Source: Ignavibacteriota bacterium (lineage in GTDB: Bacteria; Bacteroidota; Ignavibacteria; Kapaibacteriales; UBA2268). Taken from it: a DNA stretch of 64,000 bases. A program made the position numbers and the translations under genes. Where the stretch lies: contig JAGQWJ010000003.1 in the NCBI GenBank assembly GCA_020437395.1, forward strand, positions 2,973 through 66,972, read 5' to 3'. This document shows, in pieces, positions 10,250 through 18,421 of the stretch. Positions within the stretch are counted from its first letter, which is position 1. Each line of letters opens with the position of its first letter. The notes beneath the pieces were generated by a model. The model was given only the letters and a program-made list of their open reading frames with translations, was not told where the DNA came from and made no database searches.

Positions 10250-11254
10250 ATGAATTATTTAAAACCTTTGTTCATATTCAGTTTTCTTATTTCTTTTGGT
10301 TGTTCTGGAAGAGAAGAAGTAGATCAATCGTTTTATTATGAAGAACCTACAATTAGTCGTGAAGATTATATAAGAGATAGTTTATTGATCACACATATAA
10401 GTAACGAATATTTTAGGTTAGGTATAGATGGTTTTTACGTTAGTAACAAAAGAGAGTATGAAAGATTTTTAAAGGAAAATGATAAATCCTTAATATTCAG
10501 ATTTGTTCCAGTTAGAACCTTTTATAATGAAACAGCTACTAAACTATATTCCTATGTGATAATGGGGGTAGCTTTAGGTGATACTGCAAAATGGCCAGAA
10601 GATTTTGATCATTTCTCAGCTTATAATCTTATGGGTTTTAGAGAATCGAAATGTAATATTTGGAAACTATATCCATATTATAGAATAGTTCTTTTTGGAG
10701 CCCCAACTTTGGATACAATAATCCATGATTTGAATACCTTTTACTTTAGGGATTTGAAGAACTCTTTTTCAGAACTAAATCATAACCCAGATGGAAATAT
10801 GAAACAGTTAAAGTATAATCTGAATGATCCTGGATTTTGGGAAAATTATCCTGATTTAGTCTTAGGTACCACCTATGTCGATAGTTTATACGCATTTCAG
10901 TTTAATTCAAATAAAGCTTATGATGAAAATTTTGTTGAAAAAGGTTTTGACTATTATTTGGATCAAATTGATTTTGCTAAATATTATAAATATGCCAACT
11001 CAAATTTGAAACAAAGAAGTATAGAATGGCAGTTGTATCTATGGCGAAATAAATTACAAGATACTTCAATCACCTACGAACAGATTAGGTTCAAAAAAGA
11101 TAGTTTAAATCTTGAAATTATAAGAAAGTATATCAACCCCAATATATCTATGCAAGATGTTATTAATAAAGGTATGGACTATTATACTTATAAACCCAAA
11201 ATTGATTCTGTAATATATCCAGAGTATTTATTAAAAATGTATGAGTGTAAATGA
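10250..11254 (+). CDS. Putative cognate immunity lipoprotein of the Rhs CT toxin
   Basis: ATG lies 1 nt after the toxin stop. Lipoprotein signal MNYLKPLFIFSFLISFGCSG. Position is typical of Rhs immunity genes. No recognisable family. The ORF-track start at 10199 overlaps the toxin and is less likely. Confidence 0.55.
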   Translation: MNYLKPLFIFSFLISFGCSGREEVDQSFYYEEPTISREDYIRDSLLITHISNEYFRLGIDGFYVSNKREYERFLKENDKSLIFRFVPVRTFYNETATKLYSYVIMGVALGDTAKWPEDFDHFSAYNLMGFRESKCNIWKLYPYYRIVLFGAPTLDTIIHDLNTFYFRDLKNSFSELNHNPDGNMKQLKYNLNDPGFWENYPDLVLGTTYVDSLYAFQFNSNKAYDENFVEKGFDYYLDQIDFAKYYKYANSNLKQRSIEWQLYLWRNKLQDTSITYEQIRFKKDSLNLEIIRKYINPNISMQDVINKGMDYYTYKPKIDSVIYPEYLLKMYECK

Positions 11255-11264
11255 ATGCAATTAT

Positions 11265-11471
11265 GATCACCTAGGAAACGTACGTACGGTGATAGCTGAC
11301 TATAAAAACCCAGACCCGACCTATACTTCAAGTCCAATACAGTTTTGGAGATACTTTGCTGACGTAAAGAATATAAGCAATATGTACCCTTATGGTAAGT
11401 TGTACGGCACTAACGCCATCTACAACGCCGCAGAGGACTACCGCTATGGCTTCAATGGGATGGAGAAGGAG
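11265..11471 (+). pseudogene. Orphan Rhs core-end fragment, copy 2
   Basis: DHLGNVRTVIADYKNP...ISNMYPYGKLYGTNAIYNAAEDYRYGFNGMEKE aligns by eye with 9097-9297. Homology stops abruptly at GMEKE, where a GC-rich hairpin element begins. Confidence 0.8.
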
Positions 11472-11545
11472 CGATTCCCCTCTTTAAGCAACGCGAAAGA
11501 GGGGTGGATCACGCCTAAGGCGTGAGACGGGGTGTTCAATTATTA
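11472..11545. repeat. GC-rich hairpin element E1 (REP-like)
   Basis: Perfect 9-bp stem CCCCTCTTT (11477-11485) / AAAGAGGGG (11496-11504). Second hairpin TCACGCC-taa-GGCGTGA at 11509-11525. Homologous to 12121-12215. Confidence 0.7.
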
Positions 11546-11556
11546 AAATAAACAGT

Positions 11557-11946
11557 ATGAATAAATTCAAACAAAGAATATTTAATCTACCTTCAAACCC
11601 TCAACTAAAACAAAGAGCAAGAGAACTTCGTAAACAGGGCGTTTTATCAGAAGTACTTTTCTGGAATGAAGTTAAACGAAAGAAAATACTTGATCTAGAC
11701 TTCGATAGACAGAAAATAATAGGAAATTACATTGTTGATTTTTATATTAAAAAACTTGGGATTGTAATTGAGATAGATGGTGTAAGCCACAATGAAAAAT
11801 TGGAAGAAGACGAGATTAGAGACAACTATTTAAAAAGTCTTGGTTTGACAGTTATAAGATATTCTGATTTAGATGTAAAGCATAATCTGGATAATGTAAT
11901 CCAGGATTTAAAAAATCAGATAATAACAAATTTAGTGGATATGTAA
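11557..11946 (+). CDS. DUF559 (Vsr/PD-(D/E)xK-like endonuclease domain) protein
   Basis: ARELRKQGVLSEVLFWNEVKRKK...DFDRQKIIGNYIVDFYIKKLGIVIEIDGVSHN...RDNYLKSLGLTVIRYSDLDV fits the DUF559 pattern. Bracketed by a perfect 10-bp inverted repeat: GAGACGGGGT at 11524-11533 and ACCCCGTCTC at 11949-11958. Confidence 0.8.
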   Translation: MNKFKQRIFNLPSNPQLKQRARELRKQGVLSEVLFWNEVKRKKILDLDFDRQKIIGNYIVDFYIKKLGIVIEIDGVSHNEKLEEDEIRDNYLKSLGLTVIRYSDLDVKHNLDNVIQDLKNQIITNLVDM

Positions 11947-12003
11947 ATACCCCGTCTCCCGCTTATAGCGGGAGCCACCCCTTTTTTGGAAAAAGGGGAA
12001 TTT

Positions 12004-12120
12004 CACCAAATAGGAAACGTTAGAACAGTGATAGCTGACTATAAGAACATAAGCAATATGTACCCTTACGGTAAGTCGTACGGCACTAACGCCATCTACA
12101 ATGCCACGGACGATTACCGC
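12004..12120 (+). pseudogene. Orphan Rhs core-end fragment, copy 3 (internally deleted)
   Basis: H.IGNVRTVIADYKN then directly ISNMYPYGKSYGTNAIYNATDDYR. It lacks the roughly 19 codons present in copies 1 and 2. Followed by hairpin element E2. Confidence 0.75.
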
Positions 12121-12247
12121 CAATGGGAATTACCCTCTTTAAGCGTAGCGAAAGAGGGCTTGTCAAGCTGAAGGCATGAGTGGACTTCGAAGCAGGAAGG
12201 GGTCTTCAATATTAATAGTGGTTCAGAGACGTATGCAATACGTCTCT
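12121..12247. repeat. GC-rich hairpin element E2 plus GAGACG hairpin
   Basis: CCCTCTTT / AAAGAGGG hairpin at 12133-12158, homologous to E1. Perfect 10-bp stem AGAGACGTAT-gca-ATACGTCTCT at 12225-12247. Confidence 0.7.
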
Positions 12248-12283
12248 ACATATCAACAAAATTCTTTAAATTCAGTTCAAGTC

Positions 12284-12316
12284 AAAAAAAAGCTGCCCTT
12301 TTAAGAACAGCTTTTT
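12284..12316. terminator. Bidirectional intrinsic terminator (serves the stomatin operon on the minus strand)
   Basis: An A8 run, an AGCTG...CAGCT stem and a T5 run. Confidence 0.65.
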
Positions 12317-12343
12317 AATTTTTCACTATTTCATTTTCAAAGC

Positions 12344-13156
12344 CTAGCTCTTCGAATCGCCATAGTCTTTTATCTGAGCTTCTACTTTGCTAACATTTTC
12401 CGAATTAGTTTTGTTCATACCATCTATAAATGGTTTGAATAAATCGATTGGAATTGGGAATATAGTTGTCGAGTTGTTCTCAGTTGCTATATCACCTAAA
12501 GTTTGCAAGTAACGTAATTGAAGTGAAATTGGGAAATCTTGCATTTGCTTTGCTGCATCAGTTAGTTTCTGAGCCGCTTGGAACTCACCTTCTGCATTGA
12601 TTACTTTCGCACGTCTCTCTCTTTCCGCTTCGGCTTGTTTCGCCATAGCACGTTGCATTTCTAACGGTAAATCGACTTGTTTTACTTCTACTGCAGTAAC
12701 TTTGATACCCCAGTTTTCAGTCTCTTCATCTATTATAGTTTGTAGCTTTTCGTTTATTTTATCTCTTTCGGCCAGAACTTCGTCAAGCTCCGATTGACCG
12801 ATTATACTACGCAAAGTAGTTTGAGCTAATTGATTTGTAGCATATAAGTAGTTTTCTACTTCTATAACTGCTTTATCGGGAGCAACTACTTTGAAATAAA
12901 GTACTGCGTTCACTTTTAGTGATACATTATCGCGAGTGATTATGTCTTGTGATTCCACATCTAATACAACTGTACGCAAACTGATTTTCATTATCTTATC
13001 AATGAACGGAACTAATATGATTAGTCCGGGACCTTTCACCCCTTGCAGTTTACCAAGTCTAAAAATTACTCCTCTTTCATACTCATTGAGTATTTTGATC
13101 ATGGAGAAGAAAATAAAAGCTCCAAGAACTAGAATTACTACGAATGGAATACCCAT
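12344..13156 (-). CDS. SPFH/band-7 (stomatin-like) protein
   Basis: N-terminal TM helix. SPFH core ([30 protein letters not shown]). Coiled-coil [17 protein letters not shown]. Confidence 0.9.
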   Translation of the reverse strand: MGIPFVVILVLGAFIFFSMIKILNEYERGVIFRLGKLQGVKGPGLIILVPFIDKIMKISLRTVVLDVESQDIITRDNVSLKVNAVLYFKVVAPDKAVIEVENYLYATNQLAQTTLRSIIGQSELDEVLAERDKINEKLQTIIDEETENWGIKVTAVEVKQVDLPLEMQRAMAKQAEAERERRAKVINAEGEFQAAQKLTDAAKQMQDFPISLQLRYLQTLGDIATENNSTTIFPIPIDLFKPFIDGMNKTNSENVSKVEAQIKDYGDSKS

Positions 13157-13186
13157 AATGACCTCTGATATAATTATTTAAAAATA

Positions 13187-14461
13187 CTATTCAACTTCTA
13201 AAGTAAGACCATCAACTGATTTGACTATTACCTTATCATTTTTCTGAAACGACTTACTCGATTTTGCTCGCCAAAGTTCGCCAGTTACTTTTACTTTACC
13301 CATAGTTTCAGGTGTAATAGCTGTAAATACGATTGCTTCTTTACCCACTAGTGTATTTACACCGGAGGCGACATTCTTTCTTTGAGATTTTAATGCAAGA
13401 GTTATAATACTAATAAAAAGTGCAGCTGTTACTAATGTAGCAACAATAATTATTTCTATTCCAATTTGCATAAAATCACCTGGTGAATCAATTAACATAA
13501 TAGAACCTAGAAGAAAAGAGACTATACCTCCTAAAGAAAGCATTCCATAGGATACAATCTTAACTTCTAGTATAAACAATACAATTGCAACTATCATAAG
13601 TGCTAGTCCAGCATAATTAACTGGTAACATTTGCAATGAGAAGCCCGCTAAAATAGCAGACATTACACCTATCACACCCGGGAATATAGCCCCTGGGTTA
13701 TATAGTTCTATCATTATACCATACATTGTAAGTAAAATGAATATATAAGCTATATTAGGGTCAGAAATGAAACTAAGTAAGCTCTCTTTCCAATCCTTGT
13801 CTCGAACTACTATTTTAGCACTTTTCGTATTTAACGTTTTTAGTCCTTTCGTTGTCTCTACTTGCATACCATGAATTGCCTTTATCAAAGCATTTCGATT
13901 TTTTGCGATTAGGTCTATCAGGTTGCTATCTAGAGCTTCCGTCTCAGAATAAGAGAGCGACTCACGAACCGTCAGCTCTGCATAATCTTGATTCTTTTTT
14001 CTTTTCTTTGCAATAGAACGTATAAGAGCGGCAGCGTCATTTGTCACTTTCTGAGTCATAACATCGGAGCTATCTCCTGACTCACCACCCATACCTACGG
14101 GGTGAGCAGCACCTATATTAGTCCCCGGAGCCATAGCTGCTATATTTGCTGAAAGAGTAATAAAGACCCCAGCTGAGCCAGCCCGAGCACCTCCAGGAGC
14201 TACATAAACCACAATAGGTACTTCCGATTCGAGAAATGTGCTCACAATATCCCTTGTAGCATCAAGCAAACCACCAGGTGTATTTAGCGTTATTACTACA
14301 GCTTCATATTCGCCTTCCTCAGCTTCTTGGACTATTGTAGCTATGTATTCCGCTGTGAAACTTCCTATTCCCTCGTCTATAGAGGCATATAGAATCTCAT
14401 TACTAGCGTCAGCTATGCCAAATGAGAATAAAAATAATATGGAAATCAGAATTGTTTTCAT
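13187..14461 (-). CDS. NfeD-family membrane-bound ClpP-class serine protease
   Basis: Signal peptide, ClpP-like domain (TPGGLLDATRDI, GGARAGSAGVFI), multi-TM middle region and a C-terminal NfeD OB-fold (GKVKVTGELWRAKS). Classic nfeD-stomatin gene pair. Confidence 0.85.
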   Translation of the reverse strand: MKTILISILFLFSFGIADASNEILYASIDEGIGSFTAEYIATIVQEAEEGEYEAVVITLNTPGGLLDATRDIVSTFLESEVPIVVYVAPGGARAGSAGVFITLSANIAAMAPGTNIGAAHPVGMGGESGDSSDVMTQKVTNDAAALIRSIAKKRKKNQDYAELTVRESLSYSETEALDSNLIDLIAKNRNALIKAIHGMQVETTKGLKTLNTKSAKIVVRDKDWKESLLSFISDPNIAYIFILLTMYGIMIELYNPGAIFPGVIGVMSAILAGFSLQMLPVNYAGLALMIVAIVLFILEVKIVSYGMLSLGGIVSFLLGSIMLIDSPGDFMQIGIEIIIVATLVTAALFISIITLALKSQRKNVASGVNTLVGKEAIVFTAITPETMGKVKVTGELWRAKSSKSFQKNDKVIVKSVDGLTLEVE

Positions 14462-14514
14462 CGTTTAAATATAAGCAAAGTAATAGAATAAACAAGTTTT
14501 AATATAAACTTTGG

Positions 14515-15648
14515 CTATTTAGACCACCAACGACTTTGAGGGAATGCATCTAGTCTATTGATGAATATAGATTCTCCTATCATTGGAGTTGCAATAGGCA
14601 TCTCCATCTCCTTAGCTTTCTTTGTAACACGTTCTATTGGATCAGTCCAAGTATGGAATGCTAACTTGAACGCGGCCCAGTGTATAGGCATTATTAACTC
14701 TGCTTTGAGGTCTATACCAGCTTGTACTGTTTCCTCAGGCATCATGTGGATTTGCTTCCATTGCTCATTGTATTGCCCACATTCTATCATAGCAAAGTCA
14801 AATGGTCCGTACTTCTCCCCTATTTCTTTGAAATGAGTACTGTACCCTGAATCCCCACTAAAATAAATAGAATAATCATTAGATTTTACGACCCACGAAG
14901 CCCATAGTGTAGCTGCATTGTCACCAATTCCTCTACCTGAGAAGTGCTGAGCAGGAGTACAGGCGAATATAAACTCACCAATTTTAACTTCATCCCACCA
15001 ATCGAGTTCTTTTACTTTACTCTGATCTATTCCCCAAGCTATTAGATGATTGCCAACGCCAAGAGGAGTGTAGAATTGCTTTACTTTAGATTTAAGCTTG
15101 GAAATAGAGCCGTAATCAAGATGATCATAATGGTCGTGTGATAATATTACGAAATCGATAAAAGGTAATTTCTCTATTTCAAGAGGTAAAGATTTGCTAA
15201 ATCTGCTATTACCGAGCCAAGGGTGAGGAGCCGGAACATCACCAAACATCGGGTCAATTAGTATATTTTTTCCGTCTACCTGAAGCAGGAATGTCGAATG
15301 GCCGAACCAAATTAGTCGAGGAATATCCGATTCATAGACAGCTATCTCTGTAGAGTCGGAATGCACTACTGGAATAGATATATCAGGTACAGTATTGGGT
15401 TGTGTTCTGAAGAACTTAAATATCATCTCGATATACTGCGAGGCCGTGAAACTAAGTTTCACTTCTTCTTTGTTAACGAATTTGTCTATTCTGTAGTTAG
15501 GAGATTTTGAGTATTCTTTAATTTTTTCAGCAGATGCTTTACCTCCAAATTCCGGACTAAGGTTCACAAAGAGCACACCGACTATCACTAGGAGTACTAC
15601 AATAGTACCAATAATTAAACCTATCATTTTTAATATTCGTATTATCAT
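14515..15648 (-). CDS. MBL-fold metallo-hydrolase (NAPE-PLD-like), membrane anchored
   Basis: N-terminal TM helix. Metal-binding motif SHDHYDHLD. Confidence 0.75.
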   Translation of the reverse strand: MIIRILKMIGLIIGTIVVLLVIVGVLFVNLSPEFGGKASAEKIKEYSKSPNYRIDKFVNKEEVKLSFTASQYIEMIFKFFRTQPNTVPDISIPVVHSDSTEIAVYESDIPRLIWFGHSTFLLQVDGKNILIDPMFGDVPAPHPWLGNSRFSKSLPLEIEKLPFIDFVILSHDHYDHLDYGSISKLKSKVKQFYTPLGVGNHLIAWGIDQSKVKELDWWDEVKIGEFIFACTPAQHFSGRGIGDNAATLWASWVVKSNDYSIYFSGDSGYSTHFKEIGEKYGPFDFAMIECGQYNEQWKQIHMMPEETVQAGIDLKAELIMPIHWAAFKLAFHTWTDPIERVTKKAKEMEMPIATPMIGESIFINRLDAFPQSRWWSK

Positions 15649-15752
15649 TATTGAATTATAAAATTGAGAATATACATTATCAATAATGTCTAAACGCTTA
15701 TCAGCAATAAAGTATTGCTGAAATGAGGATTAAAAAATTATGTGAAGTTAAG

Positions 15753-16139
15753 TTAAGTCTTACTTTTCTTCACAATAACCCACAAAAGAAATACAAAAAG
15801 TAATGTAATAATAGAAAAGAATTTCTCGAATAGCGTTTCAGCAAAGAGATTGCCAATCGTATTCAACCCAAAGAATACTATAAAAATCCACAAAACAATA
15901 TTAACAATTCGTTCAGTGAATATTTCCTTGATAAACTTCCCCTTTATAAGTAGTGCTATGTATAAAATTAGATTCAGCAATATAGAAAATGTTTCAAATA
16001 CATACATCTCACTATCATTTGTCAGCCGACCACCCCAAGTTATATCATAAGGGATAATCTTGAGTAAAATACAAAAGTGGAAAATCAGAATTGCAGTTAA
16101 AAACCCAAGCATTATTTTAATAGCTGTTTGTTTATTCAT
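15753..16139 (-). CDS. Small four-helix integral membrane protein (unknown family); last gene of the nuclease-like operon
   Basis: 128 aa with four hydrophobic segments. ATG lies only 6 nt after the stop of the upstream gene. Confidence 0.6.
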   Translation of the reverse strand: MNKQTAIKIMLGFLTAILIFHFCILLKIIPYDITWGGRLTNDSEMYVFETFSILLNLILYIALLIKGKFIKEIFTERIVNIVLWIFIVFFGLNTIGNLFAETLFEKFFSIITLLFVFLLWVIVKKSKT

Positions 16140-16145
16140 TGTGTT

Positions 16146-16715
16146 TTATATTAGAATTAGAGGTTTATGTAAAACTGTGTATCTTTCTCTATTACTTGAT
16201 CTTGAATTAAATATTATTTCTTCAAGCGATTGACTTGCTTTTACTTCGAGTCTAAGAATATCGATGAGGTTATTCCATTCTTCATTCGTGGCATCAAAAC
16301 TTTTCCAAGATAACATAAAATCAAATTGTTGACCATGCCTAAATAATCTTCCTGGTAAAGGGTCATTCTTCATATTCCCAATAAGTATTCCATAACGCAA
16401 GTAAGGATGTACATTCTTATGTGTTTGAGCTTTATTACTATATGTTATAGAATCATGAGTACTTATCCTACTAATTTTAGCTTCTATTACAACTCTTGGT
16501 GTCCAATTCGTAACTGTCGTTAATTCATAAACTAAAATATCAGTTTCATATTTGATCAAGTGTTCTTGAATTGGTTTACCTTTCTCATCATACTCCAACA
16601 CTTCACTAGAATATGGTAATTTTAAAGACTCACCTACTCTTAGATTTTCATCAAATTCTCTTAGAGCATTCTCAATTTTTTGACATATACTCTTTACCCA
16701 TTCTCTTTCGTTCAT
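16146..16715 (-). CDS. PD-(D/E)xK nuclease-fold protein (unknown family)
   Basis: YETDILVYE...(19 aa)...VVIEAKIS gives a D...ExK signature. The preferred start is the ATG at 16715-16713, which forms an ATGA overlap with the upstream stop. The ORF-track start at 16772 would overlap by 61 nt. Confidence 0.55.
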   Translation of the reverse strand: MNEREWVKSICQKIENALREFDENLRVGESLKLPYSSEVLEYDEKGKPIQEHLIKYETDILVYELTTVTNWTPRVVIEAKISRISTHDSITYSNKAQTHKNVHPYLRYGILIGNMKNDPLPGRLFRHGQQFDFMLSWKSFDATNEEWNNLIDILRLEVKASQSLEEIIFNSRSSNRERYTVLHKPLILI

Positions 16716-17389
16716 TCTTCTTTCTTCTTTATCTTCTTCAATATTTCTCTTTGAATATCTATTTCTATCCATTCTCCATTTGAATTTGCTTTATAAAACT
16801 TTGCAGATTGTGGTGTTGGGTTTTTCTTAGTTTTCTTTATCAATTCAAACGCATCATCTAGGGTTTTTCCAATCACTTTTTTATCTATATCACCATTTAA
16901 CATCAAATCAAGATTTGTATTTTCATCAATTGAAACTTTTAGCCCCATATTTATAGGTGTTGTAATTGTTGAATTAAGAGTCGTTTTATTTAACTTTTTA
17001 GATTTCGTTTTCTTCCAAATTAATATTGTAGTACTCTTTATAACATCCCAAATTGCATTGACTACCAACCCGCTAATTAATGTTTGAGTAATATTCTCAT
17101 TAATAAATAAGGCCACTGTCAAAGTAAAATCCTCTAGATTTGCATAAGGAATTCCAGTTTTATCAAAACTACTTAGTTCAAACCCTTCACTTGATAAAAT
17201 AGTTTGAATGTTTTCAATATCCTCTTTATTTAATAGACCTTCATAATAATCTAAGTGAAGTACATTTTCTCCAGACTTCACTGTAGAGTATTTGTCACTC
17301 ATAAATCTTGCTTGTTCATCTATCATTTTTTCATCCCAAGAAGGAAAATTTGACTCGAATTGATTTTTAAAATATTCATAGTTATACAT
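16712..17389 (-). CDS. Hypothetical protein, 225 aa, no recognisable domain
   Basis: Long ORF 20 nt downstream of the Mrr-like gene. Amphipathic/hydrophobic central segment (LISGLVVNAIWDVIKSTTILIW) and a Lys-rich C-terminus. Confidence 0.5.
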   Translation of the reverse strand: MYNYEYFKNQFESNFPSWDEKMIDEQARFMSDKYSTVKSGENVLHLDYYEGLLNKEDIENIQTILSSEGFELSSFDKTGIPYANLEDFTLTVALFINENITQTLISGLVVNAIWDVIKSTTILIWKKTKSKKLNKTTLNSTITTPINMGLKVSIDENTNLDLMLNGDIDKKVIGKTLDDAFELIKKTKKNPTPQSAKFYKANSNGEWIEIDIQREILKKIKKKEE

Positions 17390-17409
17390 AATTACCTTTA
17401 CATTTCTTG

Positions 17410-18342
17410 TTAATAGAAATCTTGTAGCCCTAAATGCTCTAGTTCTTTTATATATTCTACTTCTTGTGTTGTCTGTTCCCTTGATATGAATGGAAATGTA
17501 TTCAATATTAACTTTCTTATTTTTATATATGCATCATCATCGATGTTGTGGTTTTGTCCCTGCATAAAATTCATCCAAGCCATTATTCTTTTTATGTAAC
17601 CTATAGGTGAAGTATAATCTGAAATATCTATCCAACTATCAATAAACTGCTCTCTTTGTGTATATCTATTCTTTAATATTCTGTCATGTGCTCCTTTACA
17701 ACTAAAGTAAGCTTTTGAGTATGTGGTAACACCAGCAACATCGTTACTTTTCTTCAACATAACAAATATACCACTTTTATTCTCAAGTAAATCCTTACTA
17801 CAATAATCACAATTGATAGAAGATGATTCAGAAAATAACTTTATAGGTTTTGGGTTTTCCTTTATGTAATCAGCATAGCTTTTGGGGAAATAACGGCTAG
17901 CTAGTTTTAGCCCTTGAGGACTTTCTAATAATACTTTTTCAATTTGTTCTCTGTCAAAGGTTTGAGTTTCAATCTTTGATTTCAAACCTTGAATTATACC
18001 TCCTAATCCTGTAGAGGGTAGAGTTGAATAAAAGCCAATAAACCCTTCGCAGTTATAAGTCGTTAATCTGTCTTGAATATTAGGTTCATCAGTATCTGAA
18101 ACGGATTTTCCACTAAACGCTTTATGTTTGCAACTTACTAACCACTTCAACTTAGTGGTACCAGATAAACCATGTCTTAATTCTTGAACTATCAAGTCTT
18201 TCTTACCATCTGCTCCTCTATCAGGTTGCTGAATAATTTCATAACCAAGAACTTCTAAAAAATCTCTTGCAAAAAGTTCAAAGGTGTCTTGATACCCATT
18301 CGCTTTATTTGCTTGTGGAATCTCCTTAAAATCTAATATCAT
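17410..18342 (-). CDS. Mrr_cat-like restriction endonuclease N-terminal domain protein with Cys/His-containing C-terminal domain
   Basis: FELFARDFLEVLGYEIIQQPDRGADGKKDLIVQ...KWLVSCKHK resembles the Mrr catalytic-domain pattern (GxDGGxD ... QxK). The C-terminal half has C178-x2-C181 and C215-x3-H219. Confidence 0.6.
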   Translation of the reverse strand: MILDFKEIPQANKANGYQDTFELFARDFLEVLGYEIIQQPDRGADGKKDLIVQELRHGLSGTTKLKWLVSCKHKAFSGKSVSDTDEPNIQDRLTTYNCEGFIGFYSTLPSTGLGGIIQGLKSKIETQTFDREQIEKVLLESPQGLKLASRYFPKSYADYIKENPKPIKLFSESSSINCDYCSKDLLENKSGIFVMLKKSNDVAGVTTYSKAYFSCKGAHDRILKNRYTQREQFIDSWIDISDYTSPIGYIKRIMAWMNFMQGQNHNIDDDAYIKIRKLILNTFPFISREQTTQEVEYIKELEHLGLQDFY

Positions 18343-18370
18343 ATTTTATTCCTAAAACTTCTACTTCCAA

Positions 18371-18403
18371 ACAAAAATCCCCATTTCTTACGAAACAGGG
18401 ATT
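18371..18403 (-). terminator. Weak candidate terminator after nrdJ
   Basis: On the minus strand, an AATCCC...GGGATT stem (6 bp, 16-nt loop) is followed by TTTTTGTTT. Confidence 0.3.
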
Positions 18404-18421
18404 GTAATTATCATCTAATTG

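Noticed and set aside
11241-11525. The 94-aa ORF as a genuine small gene
   Set aside because: Its body is a copy of the Rhs core-end segment and its tail is the translation of a GC-rich hairpin element. It is better explained as a truncated orphan cassette.
15701-15721. Hairpin TCAGCAATA-aag-TATTGCTGA as terminator of the four-gene operon
   Set aside because: It has a 9-bp perfect stem, but no U-tract follows on the minus strand. I have not annotated it as a terminator, although it may still act as a Rho-dependent or weak stop.
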